From contig CAYRXW010000003.1 of NCBI GenBank assembly GCA_964428335.1, forward strand, positions 150,368 to 214,367: DNA of 64,000 bases, given 5' to 3'. Numbering within the stretch: the first letter of the stretch is position 1; every line of letters begins with the position of its first letter. The position numbers were made by a program, and so were the translations under genes. Of the stretch, positions 9,601-17,438 are shown piece by piece. Under the pieces are notes generated by a model. It had not been told where the DNA came from, ran no database searches, and saw only the letters and a list, made by a program, of their open reading frames with translations. The DNA is from an uncultured Methanosarcinales archaeon (lineage in GTDB: Archaea > Nanobdellota > Nanobdellia > Woesearchaeales > GW2011-AR15).

Positions 9601-10174
9601 TGTGCTTTTTGGAGACAGCATTACAGAAGGCCATGCAACATATGGGAACAAGGCATTAAGTTCAGAATTTAACAGTAGGATTTCAAAAGATGTAACCATG
9701 TTTTATACAACAGGACTGGGAGGAAAGAGAGCAGATAGCCCAGAATCAATTGATTCATACAATAAGTTCATCCTTCCAAAAAAGCCTGATATTGTGCTTT
9801 TATGGTTCGGAATGAATTCACATGGTTTTGAAGCGTCGCATAAAACCCAGTATATAAATTATATTAATGACATGAAAAAAAAAGGGATAATCCCTGTAAT
9901 CCTTACGACTTCACCTGCATGCGATGCGCTTACAGAAAAAGACATATCTTATCTTGAGGATATCCAGGCAATAAATAAGGATCTGGCGAAGACAGCAGGA
10001 GTTTACCTGATTGATGTCAAAACCAAGCTTGAAAACGAGATGAATGGCAAGTGTAAAGACTATTTCATGGATGCATATCATATGAACCCACAGGCACATT
10101 CAATAGTTGCAAAAATAGTTGTTGACCAGTTCAGTGCATGGAAAAAGGCAAAAACAGGACCTTATTCCTGCTGA
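6599..10174 (+). CDS. Multidomain membrane protein: Cys-rich region, 2 TM, GH19 lysozyme/chitinase-like, NAGPA phosphodiester glycosidase, SGNH/GDSL hydrolase
   Basis: GH19: TMEKEVGG..PVEEYG, YKGRGYMQVT, TRING. NAGPA: AINGD, HPRTSIG, TVDGR, NLDGGGST. SGNH: FGDSIT, GMN, DAYH. Confidence 0.8.
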   Translation: MKKIIILFFLLLPFAHAELLVNFGERISSIDQIEKSTYYYEYYLSSPQESEYIFVFHYNDEKINKNSTNSMFILTDIDASRLYRIDLLKNNELRDSVLTNFCNHDSICENNLTKGIFENELTCSDCEKSAKDNFCNIEDDDICDPDCIGYNYDEFPGTCLEDYFRANECSNYCSENEICTSDVFVSELGLCCTGECVKNTEDFCGEYLNGTICMGNEACSGQEVVFGTEGKTCCYGGTCEEDENVDYYNITLINDTAETKNLNIYFIIGIFASLVILVIGLHYKNLNIVIASSLFFILMLSFLLLDARNIITGKATSNTLTQEEINLIMTTPSVFNYGGQSNTNLFLALKSISSEFRKRNVEFSENLMIATITTMEKEVGGYGFLPVEEYGDYCAGPTSKFTIAGKHRKTPYDGGCDYKGRGYMQVTHYSGYLKYCGPDCVTRSTAGNILDECKCKGLAYCSVKDEAKCPPNKALRPEYAGRIFSNFYIGKGLLGLVDSKNYVEIGTRINGVKSYGIDFEKKANAKHSSYNKDQVRKLLAYFNQRSITTPSAPTTPTTPSTGTTGEEPVSVDTTVTTDVADEIISGDKLGYYYLNPSFKIETELSFIPTLVEEAKDYETLKSTLEKYDKEELWIIGGCGEIKKIDEESTKFIFCVDDGVKKIEFALDLEGKIEPKITEAERQETAEAGTGTQTETGTQTETNSQEETEEEITEGFSQLFSGIQYGKFSAAGPIVYHVTKIDLRNQNIRFLVTPQNQLGQPTSSFFAANRPQVAINGDEFRTLGSPKGVAVSNGNVYSSSAETGEQTVFISTKNEVSIGNKIPQGTLNAVSGSHVFLENGVVPERIRSCSKIPYCNDMHPRTSIGVSQDGNTMIIITVDGRRSDYSIGIKLHSNNPSDLTLAELHLAFGSYNAINLDGGGSTTLVMEGKGTVNNPTDPPEEYLNDAAKKAELIYYDGFLVHPNKNIFRERYVSNHLGIYAAKVAAAPEKTNQESCLSDDMDIVLFGDSITEGHATYGNKALSSEFNSRISKDVTMFYTTGLGGKRADSPESIDSYNKFILPKKPDIVLLWFGMNSHGFEASHKTQYINYINDMKKKGIIPVILTTSPACDALTEKDISYLEDIQAINKDLAKTAGVYLIDVKTKLENEMNGKCKDYFMDAYHMNPQAHSIVAKIVVDQFSAWKKAKTGPYSC

Positions 10175-10261
10175 TTTCTTTTAAAAGCCAAACCTAATAT
10201 TTTAAATACACCTATCCTTTCTAACGATACATTAACTTAATGATTTATGGGGTGTTATAAC

Positions 10262-11356
10262 TTGATAAAGATACCAAAAGAAATGCTTATTGAAAAGATA
10301 AAAGAGAAAGGGCTTACTGAAGCGCAGATAAAATCCAAAGTTAAGGATAAACTAGACCAGCTTTCAGGCCTGATTTCAGAGGAAGGGGCTCTACATATAA
10401 TTGCCAATGAGCTTGGAGTGAAGGTCATGGATGAAGGCAAGCTGAAACTGAAGAATGTGCTTTCAGGCATGAGAAGCCTTGACATCACGGCTAAAGTCCT
10501 TAAGATATATGAAGTAAGGGAATTCAACAAGGGAGATAAGAAAGGAAAGGTAGGAAATTTCCTGATAGGCGATGAGACAGGGGTTATGAGAGTAGTTGCC
10601 TGGAATGACAAAGCTGATTTACTTACCAGCTTAAAGGAAGGGACAACAGTAAAGGTTACAGCTGCTTATACAAAGGATAACCAGGGGAAGACTGAGATAC
10701 ACCTTGGAGACAAGTCACAGGTCACTATAAGCGATGAGGAGATAAAGGTTGCCAGCAAGGAAAATGTAAGGAAGAATATCTCAGATTTAAAGGAAAATGA
10801 TGATAATGTTGAAATCATGGGAACAATTGTCCAGGTTTTTGACCCAAGGTTCTGGCCAACTGATCCAACAACAGGAAAAAAGGCTGTTGAAAAAGAAGGG
10901 GAATATTTCTATGAAGACAAGCCAATAACGCCTGATTTTTCATATGTGACAAACATCTTCCTGGATGATGGCACAGAGAACATAAGGGTAGTATTATGGA
11001 AAGCCCAGACAGAAAAACTTTTTGAGATGACCCATGAAGAGATAAAATCAAAAAGGATTGCCGGGTTTGAAGACAAGAAAAATGATCTTTTGGGAAAGAT
11101 AGTGAAATTTTCAGGAAAGACAAGCAAGAACCAGATGTTTGATAGGCTTGAATTCATTGCACAGAATGTTGATATGAACCCAAATCCAGAAGAAGAGATT
11201 GAAAGGCTAAAGGCAATGGAAGCAAAGGAATCAAAGGAAGAAAAAAAGGAAGAGAAAGAAGAAGAGCTTCCAAAGCCAAAAGAGAAAAAACCTGATGTTA
11301 AAACATCTGATGAACTAAATATAGATGATATAGAAGGATTAGAGGATTTGGAATAA
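10262..11356 (+). CDS. rpa: Replication protein A (OB-fold ssDNA-binding)
   Basis: GLISEEGALHIIANELG, GDETG.MRVVAWN, LDDGTENIRVVLW; acidic tail; TTG start after GGGGTG. Confidence 0.85.
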   Translation: MIKIPKEMLIEKIKEKGLTEAQIKSKVKDKLDQLSGLISEEGALHIIANELGVKVMDEGKLKLKNVLSGMRSLDITAKVLKIYEVREFNKGDKKGKVGNFLIGDETGVMRVVAWNDKADLLTSLKEGTTVKVTAAYTKDNQGKTEIHLGDKSQVTISDEEIKVASKENVRKNISDLKENDDNVEIMGTIVQVFDPRFWPTDPTTGKKAVEKEGEYFYEDKPITPDFSYVTNIFLDDGTENIRVVLWKAQTEKLFEMTHEEIKSKRIAGFEDKKNDLLGKIVKFSGKTSKNQMFDRLEFIAQNVDMNPNPEEEIERLKAMEAKESKEEKKEEKEEELPKPKEKKPDVKTSDELNIDDIEGLEDLE

Positions 11357-11358
11357 TC

Positions 11359-11910
11359 CTAAACTAACATTTCCTGATATTTCTTTCCTTTTTTTAACAT
11401 TGCAGGCCTTTTATATCCTATAGGATTTGAATAATATAACTGAGGGAAATGGTTGTATTTTTCATTAGGGATTATAATGTTTTTTTCCAGTATAGAAAGA
11501 GTTACTTTAGAATCATCTTTTCCATGGCTTCCTATAGTAAAATCACTACTTACTGAAGAAACCAAAATCCTGGATATATCATCTTTTGGAATGTTTTTAT
11601 CAATTATATCCAATGCTTCAATTAAGGAAGTTCTGGCAATATAGAATTCAACATGGCTTGGCTTATAGCCAAATTTGCTAAAAAAAGCAAGGTCACCAGA
11701 TTTTTTAAATTCATCATGCACAAATATCCCAAACCTATCAAACAATTCATAAGTATGCAGAAAAGGCAGATTTATTCCTGCTTCATTTAATATGAAATTC
11801 ACATAGCCTGAACATGAAAATCCTTCAGTTGCATTTCCGGGTTTTTCTTTTGAGTATCTTTTGCAGGGATAGTTTAGATATTTGAGAGCTATAGGGATTA
11901 ATTGGGACAT
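11359..11910 (-). CDS. NlpC/P60 family protein, no signal peptide
   Basis: GFSCSGYVNFIL, GDLAFF, PSHVEFYI motifs. Confidence 0.7.
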   Translation of the reverse strand: MSQLIPIALKYLNYPCKRYSKEKPGNATEGFSCSGYVNFILNEAGINLPFLHTYELFDRFGIFVHDEFKKSGDLAFFSKFGYKPSHVEFYIARTSLIEALDIIDKNIPKDDISRILVSSVSSDFTIGSHGKDDSKVTLSILEKNIIIPNEKYNHFPQLYYSNPIGYKRPAMLKKGKKYQEMLV

Positions 11911-12001
11911 GCAGGTGAAATGAAGATTGAGGTTTAAGAAGGGTTTGACATAAAATATGATTGGAGGTAGATGACAGGAGAGTGGACGTATGACGCAGGA
12001 G

Positions 12002-13047
12002 CAATTTTAGTTGCGCATGTAAATCATAAAAAACATAAAGAAAGCCTAAATACTATTTAATATGCAGAGTATTATGAATTACATTAAAAATCCAGTAAGA
12101 CAAGGAGTATACAAAGCTAAAATACACTTTAAGTCAAAAGAATTACTTCTAAGTTTCATCAATTTTCAGAAAAATTGCAGAAAAAAATTTGAGGAACTAA
12201 AAAAGAAGCCAACAATAGGTTTTTACCAAGCAGGGATGTATGAAGAGTATCTAAAAAAAGAAAAATATGAAAACTGGTTATTAGAATCCATATTAGATAA
12301 TTTATTTATGCTTTTAAAGTTTAATAAGGAAGGTGTTTCTAAAGAACTTGAAAATGAATATAATAAGATTTGGCAAGATCTTGAAACAGGTAACTCAGCT
12401 TATTGCAATTTTGGAGATGATAATTACCTTTTAAAATTCAATGATGCCTTTTCAACAGAAATTAAACAACTTGAAACAAAGGATTTTATATTTTTTATAT
12501 ATTCTATAAAAGAATCAACTTTATTGAGTTTTGTAAATATAATAACTCTTGCTTTTGGCGAATCATCATTTAAACTTATTTACCAAATAAATAGTCATGT
12601 AAAAGAAGATGTAATATTTCCTTATATATCTGCAGTTTTTCTATGTTTAGATAATAAATCAGAGTTTATTGAAGATTATTTGATTAATGATTTAGAGGAA
12701 ATTAAAAACAACTATGGACTTGGTTTTTATAGAATGAGCATTCTGTTTATAGGTATTATCTTAGAAGAGATATTAGCTAGAACCTATGAAAATATATTGA
12801 ATGAGGAAGTTCCAAAGGATGCAGGAATTGGATTTTTAATTAAAGCCTTATTTGAAAAAAAAGAGAAAAAATTAGATATACCCAAAGACATCTATTCTAA
12901 TTTATATGATGATGCAAGAGAACTTAGAAATAGCGCAGTTCATCGAGGTAAAAAAGATTTTTCAAGATATGACGTAAAAATAATGTTAAAAGGAGTATTT
13001 AGGCTATACTTATTTTTAAAAGAGAATCAAGTGCGCAACTAAAATTG
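12002..13047. repeat. Perfect 16-bp inverted repeats flanking a single gene
   Basis: CAATTTTAGTTGCGCA at 12002-12017 and TGCGCAACTAAAATTG at 13032-13047. Confidence 0.85.
12062..13042 (+). CDS. Hypothetical protein with C-terminal HEPN/DUF4145-like domain
   Basis: GIILEEIL helix and RELRNSAVH (RxxxxH) motif; AT-rich. Confidence 0.6.
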   Translation: MQSIMNYIKNPVRQGVYKAKIHFKSKELLLSFINFQKNCRKKFEELKKKPTIGFYQAGMYEEYLKKEKYENWLLESILDNLFMLLKFNKEGVSKELENEYNKIWQDLETGNSAYCNFGDDNYLLKFNDAFSTEIKQLETKDFIFFIYSIKESTLLSFVNIITLAFGESSFKLIYQINSHVKEDVIFPYISAVFLCLDNKSEFIEDYLINDLEEIKNNYGLGFYRMSILFIGIILEEILARTYENILNEEVPKDAGIGFLIKALFEKKEKKLDIPKDIYSNLYDDARELRNSAVHRGKKDFSRYDVKIMLKGVFRLYLFLKENQVRN

Positions 13048-13133
13048 TTGAACATAACGATTCGTCGGGCAGACGACGTGGGAAGACAATTTCTTAAATC
13101 CAAATATTTTAACGAATAGTAAGCCTATAAATT

Positions 13134-13835
13134 TTAATTATTGAGCCATTTACTATAAGCTAACTTATCAATTAATAAGTGAATTGTTGGTGGCCTATTA
13201 TCCCAAGTAATTTTTAAAACATTAGCGTGTTCGACAACCAATAAATTTTCATATTCATCATCAATAATTATTTTATCAATAGTATACTCTCTAAAAGTTA
13301 CACGATCTTCAATAGTCTTTGTTGAATAGAATGCAAAATTCAGAAACATAACAATTAATAGAATATAAAAAAACTCGTTACCTAGACCAGAATTAAATAC
13401 ACCTACACCGGCGACTATTGACAAAAAACCCAACACAAAATTTATAACAGTGAAAGCGGACTTGATTTTTTTTTGTTCCTGCAAAATATTGAGATTTCTT
13501 AATTTTTTATTGTAATCATGCCTAAGTTTTATCGCACGAACTTTTTCATTTAAGTTAGATAACATTTCTACAAAAACCATATGTCTCTTTATTTCGCTAT
13601 TGTCTTGAATATTGTCGCTGTAACCAAAACTGTTTTTATCAATTTTAACAATTTGCTTGCCCTTTAAATTCTTTAGTTTAAGTGTCTTGGTGTCATAAAA
13701 CACATATTTTGGAACAATTTTGGCACTTTTGTCGTTTATTATAACTAAATCACCCATAAGGCAATAGTCTTTGCCTATTTTATGTATAAGATTTTTATGA
13801 GATATAATTTCCAAGCCTTTGATAATTACAGTCAT
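13134..13835 (-). CDS. Hypothetical protein with two TM helices
   Basis: 233-aa ORF; FTVINFVLGFLSIVAGVGVF and FFYILLIVMFLNFAF. Confidence 0.65.
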   Translation of the reverse strand: MTVIIKGLEIISHKNLIHKIGKDYCLMGDLVIINDKSAKIVPKYVFYDTKTLKLKNLKGKQIVKIDKNSFGYSDNIQDNSEIKRHMVFVEMLSNLNEKVRAIKLRHDYNKKLRNLNILQEQKKIKSAFTVINFVLGFLSIVAGVGVFNSGLGNEFFYILLIVMFLNFAFYSTKTIEDRVTFREYTIDKIIIDDEYENLLVVEHANVLKITWDNRPPTIHLLIDKLAYSKWLNN

Positions 13836-13875
13836 AATAATTACATTATTTTAAAGTATATATTTTTTATTAAAA

Positions 13876-13898
13876 GTAGAAAACCTACGGTTTTCCAC
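13876..13898. repeat. REP-like intergenic hairpin
   Basis: GTAGAAAACC-TAC-GGTTTTCCAC, 9/10 paired stem. Confidence 0.6.
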
Positions 13899-13912
13899 AC
13901 CTTTCCCTAAAT

Positions 13913-14893
13913 TCAAAATAATAAGAAATTATTCCTATATTTTTCAGCGAACAAATCAATTTCTCTATTAAGGATATTCAATTGTCTATCTAAATATTTA
14001 TAATTAATAATATAAATAAACCCTGGGTGAATATAGTTTAACCGAGATAATATTGATGACAATTTTTTATTTGAATCTATCTCAAGAAGTAACTTACTTT
14101 CTTCATTATTTAGTTTCAGAGGTCCAGTCTTATTAAGTTCATCATTAAATTTATTAAAATATTCAAAACCAACATTGTAAACAGCAACTGCTTCTTGATT
14201 ATTACATAGTTTTAGGGTATCGTTTTCTTTTTCTATTTCTTCTAAAGTAATATTTTCTTTTAAGGTATATAAATCAGCTGTTGTAACGATAATTGGAAGT
14301 GTCAATGTACTTAACAATGTGGAAAATTTTGGCTGTTTATATTTTAACAAATATAATACATCAAATAAACATAAATCTCTATAAAGTCGATGCGTTACAA
14401 TAGATCCACAAACAGTTTGAAAGATTGCTCGAATGATAGAATTTGGATTTGCACCCTTTTCAAATATCTCTATCCCTTTATTAACTTCAGGACATGATAA
14501 GATATTTTTTTGGAGCAATTTCAAATTTAAGTTATCATCCTTTTTTTTCTTATCTAAAAGTGATAAGACAGGCGATTCAAATTCTGACAAAATTAGATTT
14601 CCCCCAGAAAAATTTCTAAATCCACTAGGTTCTTCTGGAAACCTTATAAAAAACCAACTATGATTTTTGGTTTTATATTTACATTCAATCACAAGTTGGA
14701 TGCTCAACTCAAGTCTATCAATTAGTATTAGGTTTTTATCTGCATAGATATCTGTTGAAAATAACTTATTTTCCCGATTGTAATGGACTTCTCCTTCGTC
14801 ATTAAAACCAATATTTTGAATCTTTTTAACGACAGAAGATTCAAGAGGAATACCAGATTTCAAAACAAACTCTTTAAAAGATGGATTTACCAT
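13913..14893 (-). CDS. PD-(D/E)XK restriction endonuclease-like protein
   Basis: SGIPLE..V, STDIYADK, LVIECK; C-terminal PIIVTTADL; probable start MVNPS at 14893. Confidence 0.65.
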   Translation of the reverse strand: MVNPSFKEFVLKSGIPLESSVVKKIQNIGFNDEGEVHYNRENKLFSTDIYADKNLILIDRLELSIQLVIECKYKTKNHSWFFIRFPEEPSGFRNFSGGNLILSEFESPVLSLLDKKKKDDNLNLKLLQKNILSCPEVNKGIEIFEKGANPNSIIRAIFQTVCGSIVTHRLYRDLCLFDVLYLLKYKQPKFSTLLSTLTLPIIVTTADLYTLKENITLEEIEKENDTLKLCNNQEAVAVYNVGFEYFNKFNDELNKTGPLKLNNEESKLLLEIDSNKKLSSILSRLNYIHPGFIYIINYKYLDRQLNILNREIDLFAEKYRNNFLLF

Positions 14894-15110
14894 AAATTTA
14901 GAATAATTCCTTAATTTATAAAATAAGGCATGGTTTGTCATGCTAATTAACAACTAACGACTACGAACTTGTCTCCCACAAGACGAGATATATTAATAGA
15001 TGTCGCTAACGCTCCTTAGATGTTGCCCAACGAGGTTATTCGGTGGAACAGTAGTTATCTCTAATTCACATTCTCCCACACTGGACACACTGGACATCCC
15101 TGCGTGAGAT

Positions 15111-15240
15111 ATTTAAAGGAAGTCAATTTATCATATCCTAACCTGTTTGAAAGAATAGGCCCTCCCGGTTCTGGGAACTAATAATTCCATAATATAAGGA
15201 ACCGTTGAAACAAGACCCGAAAGGAATGGAGGCATTAAAA
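15111..15240 (+). promoter_or_regulatory. TATA box plus structured ~100-nt 5' leader of the putative ssb-radA operon
   Basis: ATTTAAAG at 15111; CCTCC (15161-65) complementary to SD GGAGG (15228-32); GGTTC/GAACC stem; CC-GAAA-GG tetraloop. Confidence 0.5.
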
Positions 15241-15513
15241 ATGCAAACAACAAAACAAACAAAAGAAATAAAGGCAAACACGCCTGAAAAAAAGTTTAGG
15301 GCAGGAACTATAACTGCTACAGTCTGGAAAAACCAGGCAGAAAAAAACGGAAAGGCGTTTGAATACCGCACCGTCTCATTTGAACGAAATTACACAGATG
15401 AGAAAGGTGAATGGAACACAACAAATTCTTTGAGGCTTAATGACTTACCTAAAGCATCATTGGTACTAACAAAAGCTTACGAATACCTTGCAATGAACGG
15501 AGTTGAAGAATAA
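15241..15513 (+). CDS. Small putative ssDNA-binding protein (PC4/Whirly-like)
   Basis: PEKKFRAGTITATVW..RNYTDEKGEW..SLRLNDLPK pattern; coupled to radA. Confidence 0.6.
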   Translation: MQTTKQTKEIKANTPEKKFRAGTITATVWKNQAEKNGKAFEYRTVSFERNYTDEKGEWNTTNSLRLNDLPKASLVLTKAYEYLAMNGVEE

Positions 15514-16496
15514 TGGCTAAAGAAAAAGAAACTAAGGAAACAAAAGAAGAAAACATGGAAAATGACGCAATGACTGTCATGGATTTACCAGGAGTAGGAC
15601 CTGCAACAGCAGAAAAACTTGCAATTGCAGGCTATGAGGATTTAATGGCAATAGCTGTCGCAACACCAGGGGAGCTTATAGATGCTTCAGGTGTAACAGA
15701 TGCAACAGCAAAAAAGATAATTGCCGCAGCAAGGGCTGCAATGAGGATGGGCTTTGAATCAGGGATAGATATCCTGAAAAAAAGGCAGAATGTGATGAAA
15801 ATACCTCTTGGTTCGAAAGCATTAAATGAGCTTTTGGGAGGAGGATTTGAATCAGGTGCCATAACCGAGGCATTTGGGGAATTTGGGTCAGGAAAGACCC
15901 AGATTGCGCATTCATTGGCTGTTGAGATACAGAAAATGGATCCTGATGCTTTCGCAGTATTCATCGATACTGAAAACACCTTCAGGCCAGAAAGGATTGT
16001 AGAACTTGCAAAAGGCGCTGGCCTTGACCCTGAAAAAGTTCTTGGAAATATAAAAGTTGCAAGGGCATTTAATTCAGACCACCAGATGCTTTTGGCTGAA
16101 AAGATAAACGACCTGATAACAAAACAGGGCATAAAAGTCAAAGTTGTTGTCGTTGATTCATTGACAGCGCATTTCAGGGCAGAATTCATCGGCCGTGGAA
16201 CATTGGCAGAAAGGCAGCAGAAGCTAAACAAGCACATGCACGAACTTATGAAAGTTGCAGACACACATAATATTGTTGTCTATGTGACAAACCAAGTAAT
16301 GTCAAAGCCTGATGTGTTCTTTGGGGACCCAACCCAGGCAATAGGAGGCCATGTTGTAGCGCATGCATCAACATTTAGGCTATACCTAAGGAAGAGTAAG
16401 AAGAATTCAAGGGTTGCAAAACTTATTGATTCTCCAAACCTGCCAGACGGCGAGGCTGCTTTCATTGTAGAAACGCCAGGAATAAAAGATATTTAA
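15513..16496 (+). CDS. radA: DNA repair and recombination protein RadA
   Basis: HhH DLPGVGP, Walker A GEFGSGKT, IDTENTFRPER, VVDSLTAHFRAE. Confidence 0.97.
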   Translation: MAKEKETKETKEENMENDAMTVMDLPGVGPATAEKLAIAGYEDLMAIAVATPGELIDASGVTDATAKKIIAAARAAMRMGFESGIDILKKRQNVMKIPLGSKALNELLGGGFESGAITEAFGEFGSGKTQIAHSLAVEIQKMDPDAFAVFIDTENTFRPERIVELAKGAGLDPEKVLGNIKVARAFNSDHQMLLAEKINDLITKQGIKVKVVVVDSLTAHFRAEFIGRGTLAERQQKLNKHMHELMKVADTHNIVVYVTNQVMSKPDVFFGDPTQAIGGHVVAHASTFRLYLRKSKKNSRVAKLIDSPNLPDGEAAFIVETPGIKDI

Positions 16497-16590
16497 TTTT
16501 TTTATCTTTTTTGTCAACTTCTACCATATATTTAAATACTAAATTACTTTTTCCAAGCCTTAAATAAAATAAATATAGGTGTAAATAAAT

Positions 16591-16935
16591 ATGATGAACG
16601 GAAATAACATGGCCCCTGTATCAGAAGGGGAAGAATTGGATGTTAGGATTGAAGCCATCGGAGAAAAAGGCGATGGAATAGCCAAGAAGAACGGCTTTGT
16701 ACTGGTAATCCCAGGGACACAGATAAATGACGAAGTAAGAATAAAAGTCACAAAAGTCCTAAGGAAAGTCGGTTTTGCTGAAGTTGTTGGAAAAGCAGAG
16801 AATGCCCCAAAGGCAGATGAAGAAAAACCAGCAAAAGCTTCAAAAGCAAAAAGCAAAAGAAAAGCCCCTCAGGAAGAAGAAATGGAAGCTGAGGAATCAG
16901 AAACAGAACCAGCAGAAGATTCAGAAGACTTCTAG
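16591..16935 (+). CDS. TRAM domain RNA-binding protein with acidic tail
   Basis: APVSEGEELDVRIEAIGEKGDGIAKKNGFVLVIPG. Confidence 0.9.
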   Translation: MMNGNNMAPVSEGEELDVRIEAIGEKGDGIAKKNGFVLVIPGTQINDEVRIKVTKVLRKVGFAEVVGKAENAPKADEEKPAKASKAKSKRKAPQEEEMEAEESETEPAEDSEDF

Positions 16936-16940
16936 AGGTT

Positions 16941-17438
16941 ATGAGGCTTTTTTTAGCGGTTGATTTCCCAAGGGAAGTCAATGATTATCTTTTTTTTCTA
17001 CAAACTTTCTTTAAGGATTCAGAGAACATACATTTGGTTTCTTCTTTTCATCTTACCCTGAAATTTTTTGGAGAATATGACAAGGAAGAGATAATAAAAA
17101 AAGCTGAAAGCATAAAAGAAAAAAAATTCAGATTACATTTAACAGGGTTTGGAGTTTTCCCAAATGAGAAATTCCCAAAATTAATCTGGGTAGGCGTAAA
17201 TAACGAGCCAGGCCTGAATGCCTTATCAGAGAAGATAAATTCACTGTTTCCAGATTTCAAGCCAGATTTTGATTTCCATCCACATATAACTTTGGCTAGA
17301 TGCAGCACAAAAGTAACCTTGCCAGATTTAAAGATTAAACCAATGGAGTTTGAAGTATCAGGATTCAGGCTTTACCAAAGCATACTGACAAGAGAAGGGC
17401 CAATATATAAAGAAATAAGAAAAATAAATCTTACATGA
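16941..17438 (+). CDS. thpR: RNA 2',3'-cyclic phosphodiesterase (2H family)
   Basis: MRLFLAVD, HLTL and PHITL motifs, SILTREGPIY. Confidence 0.9.
   Translation: MRLFLAVDFPREVNDYLFFLQTFFKDSENIHLVSSFHLTLKFFGEYDKEEIIKKAESIKEKKFRLHLTGFGVFPNEKFPKLIWVGVNNEPGLNALSEKINSLFPDFKPDFDFHPHITLARCSTKVTLPDLKIKPMEFEVSGFRLYQSILTREGPIYKEIRKINLT

Noticed and set aside
11971..12060. 29-codon ORF MTGEWTYDAGAILVAH... after GGAGGT
   Set aside because: SD only 2 nt from ATG, crosses the inverted repeat, no recognisable motif
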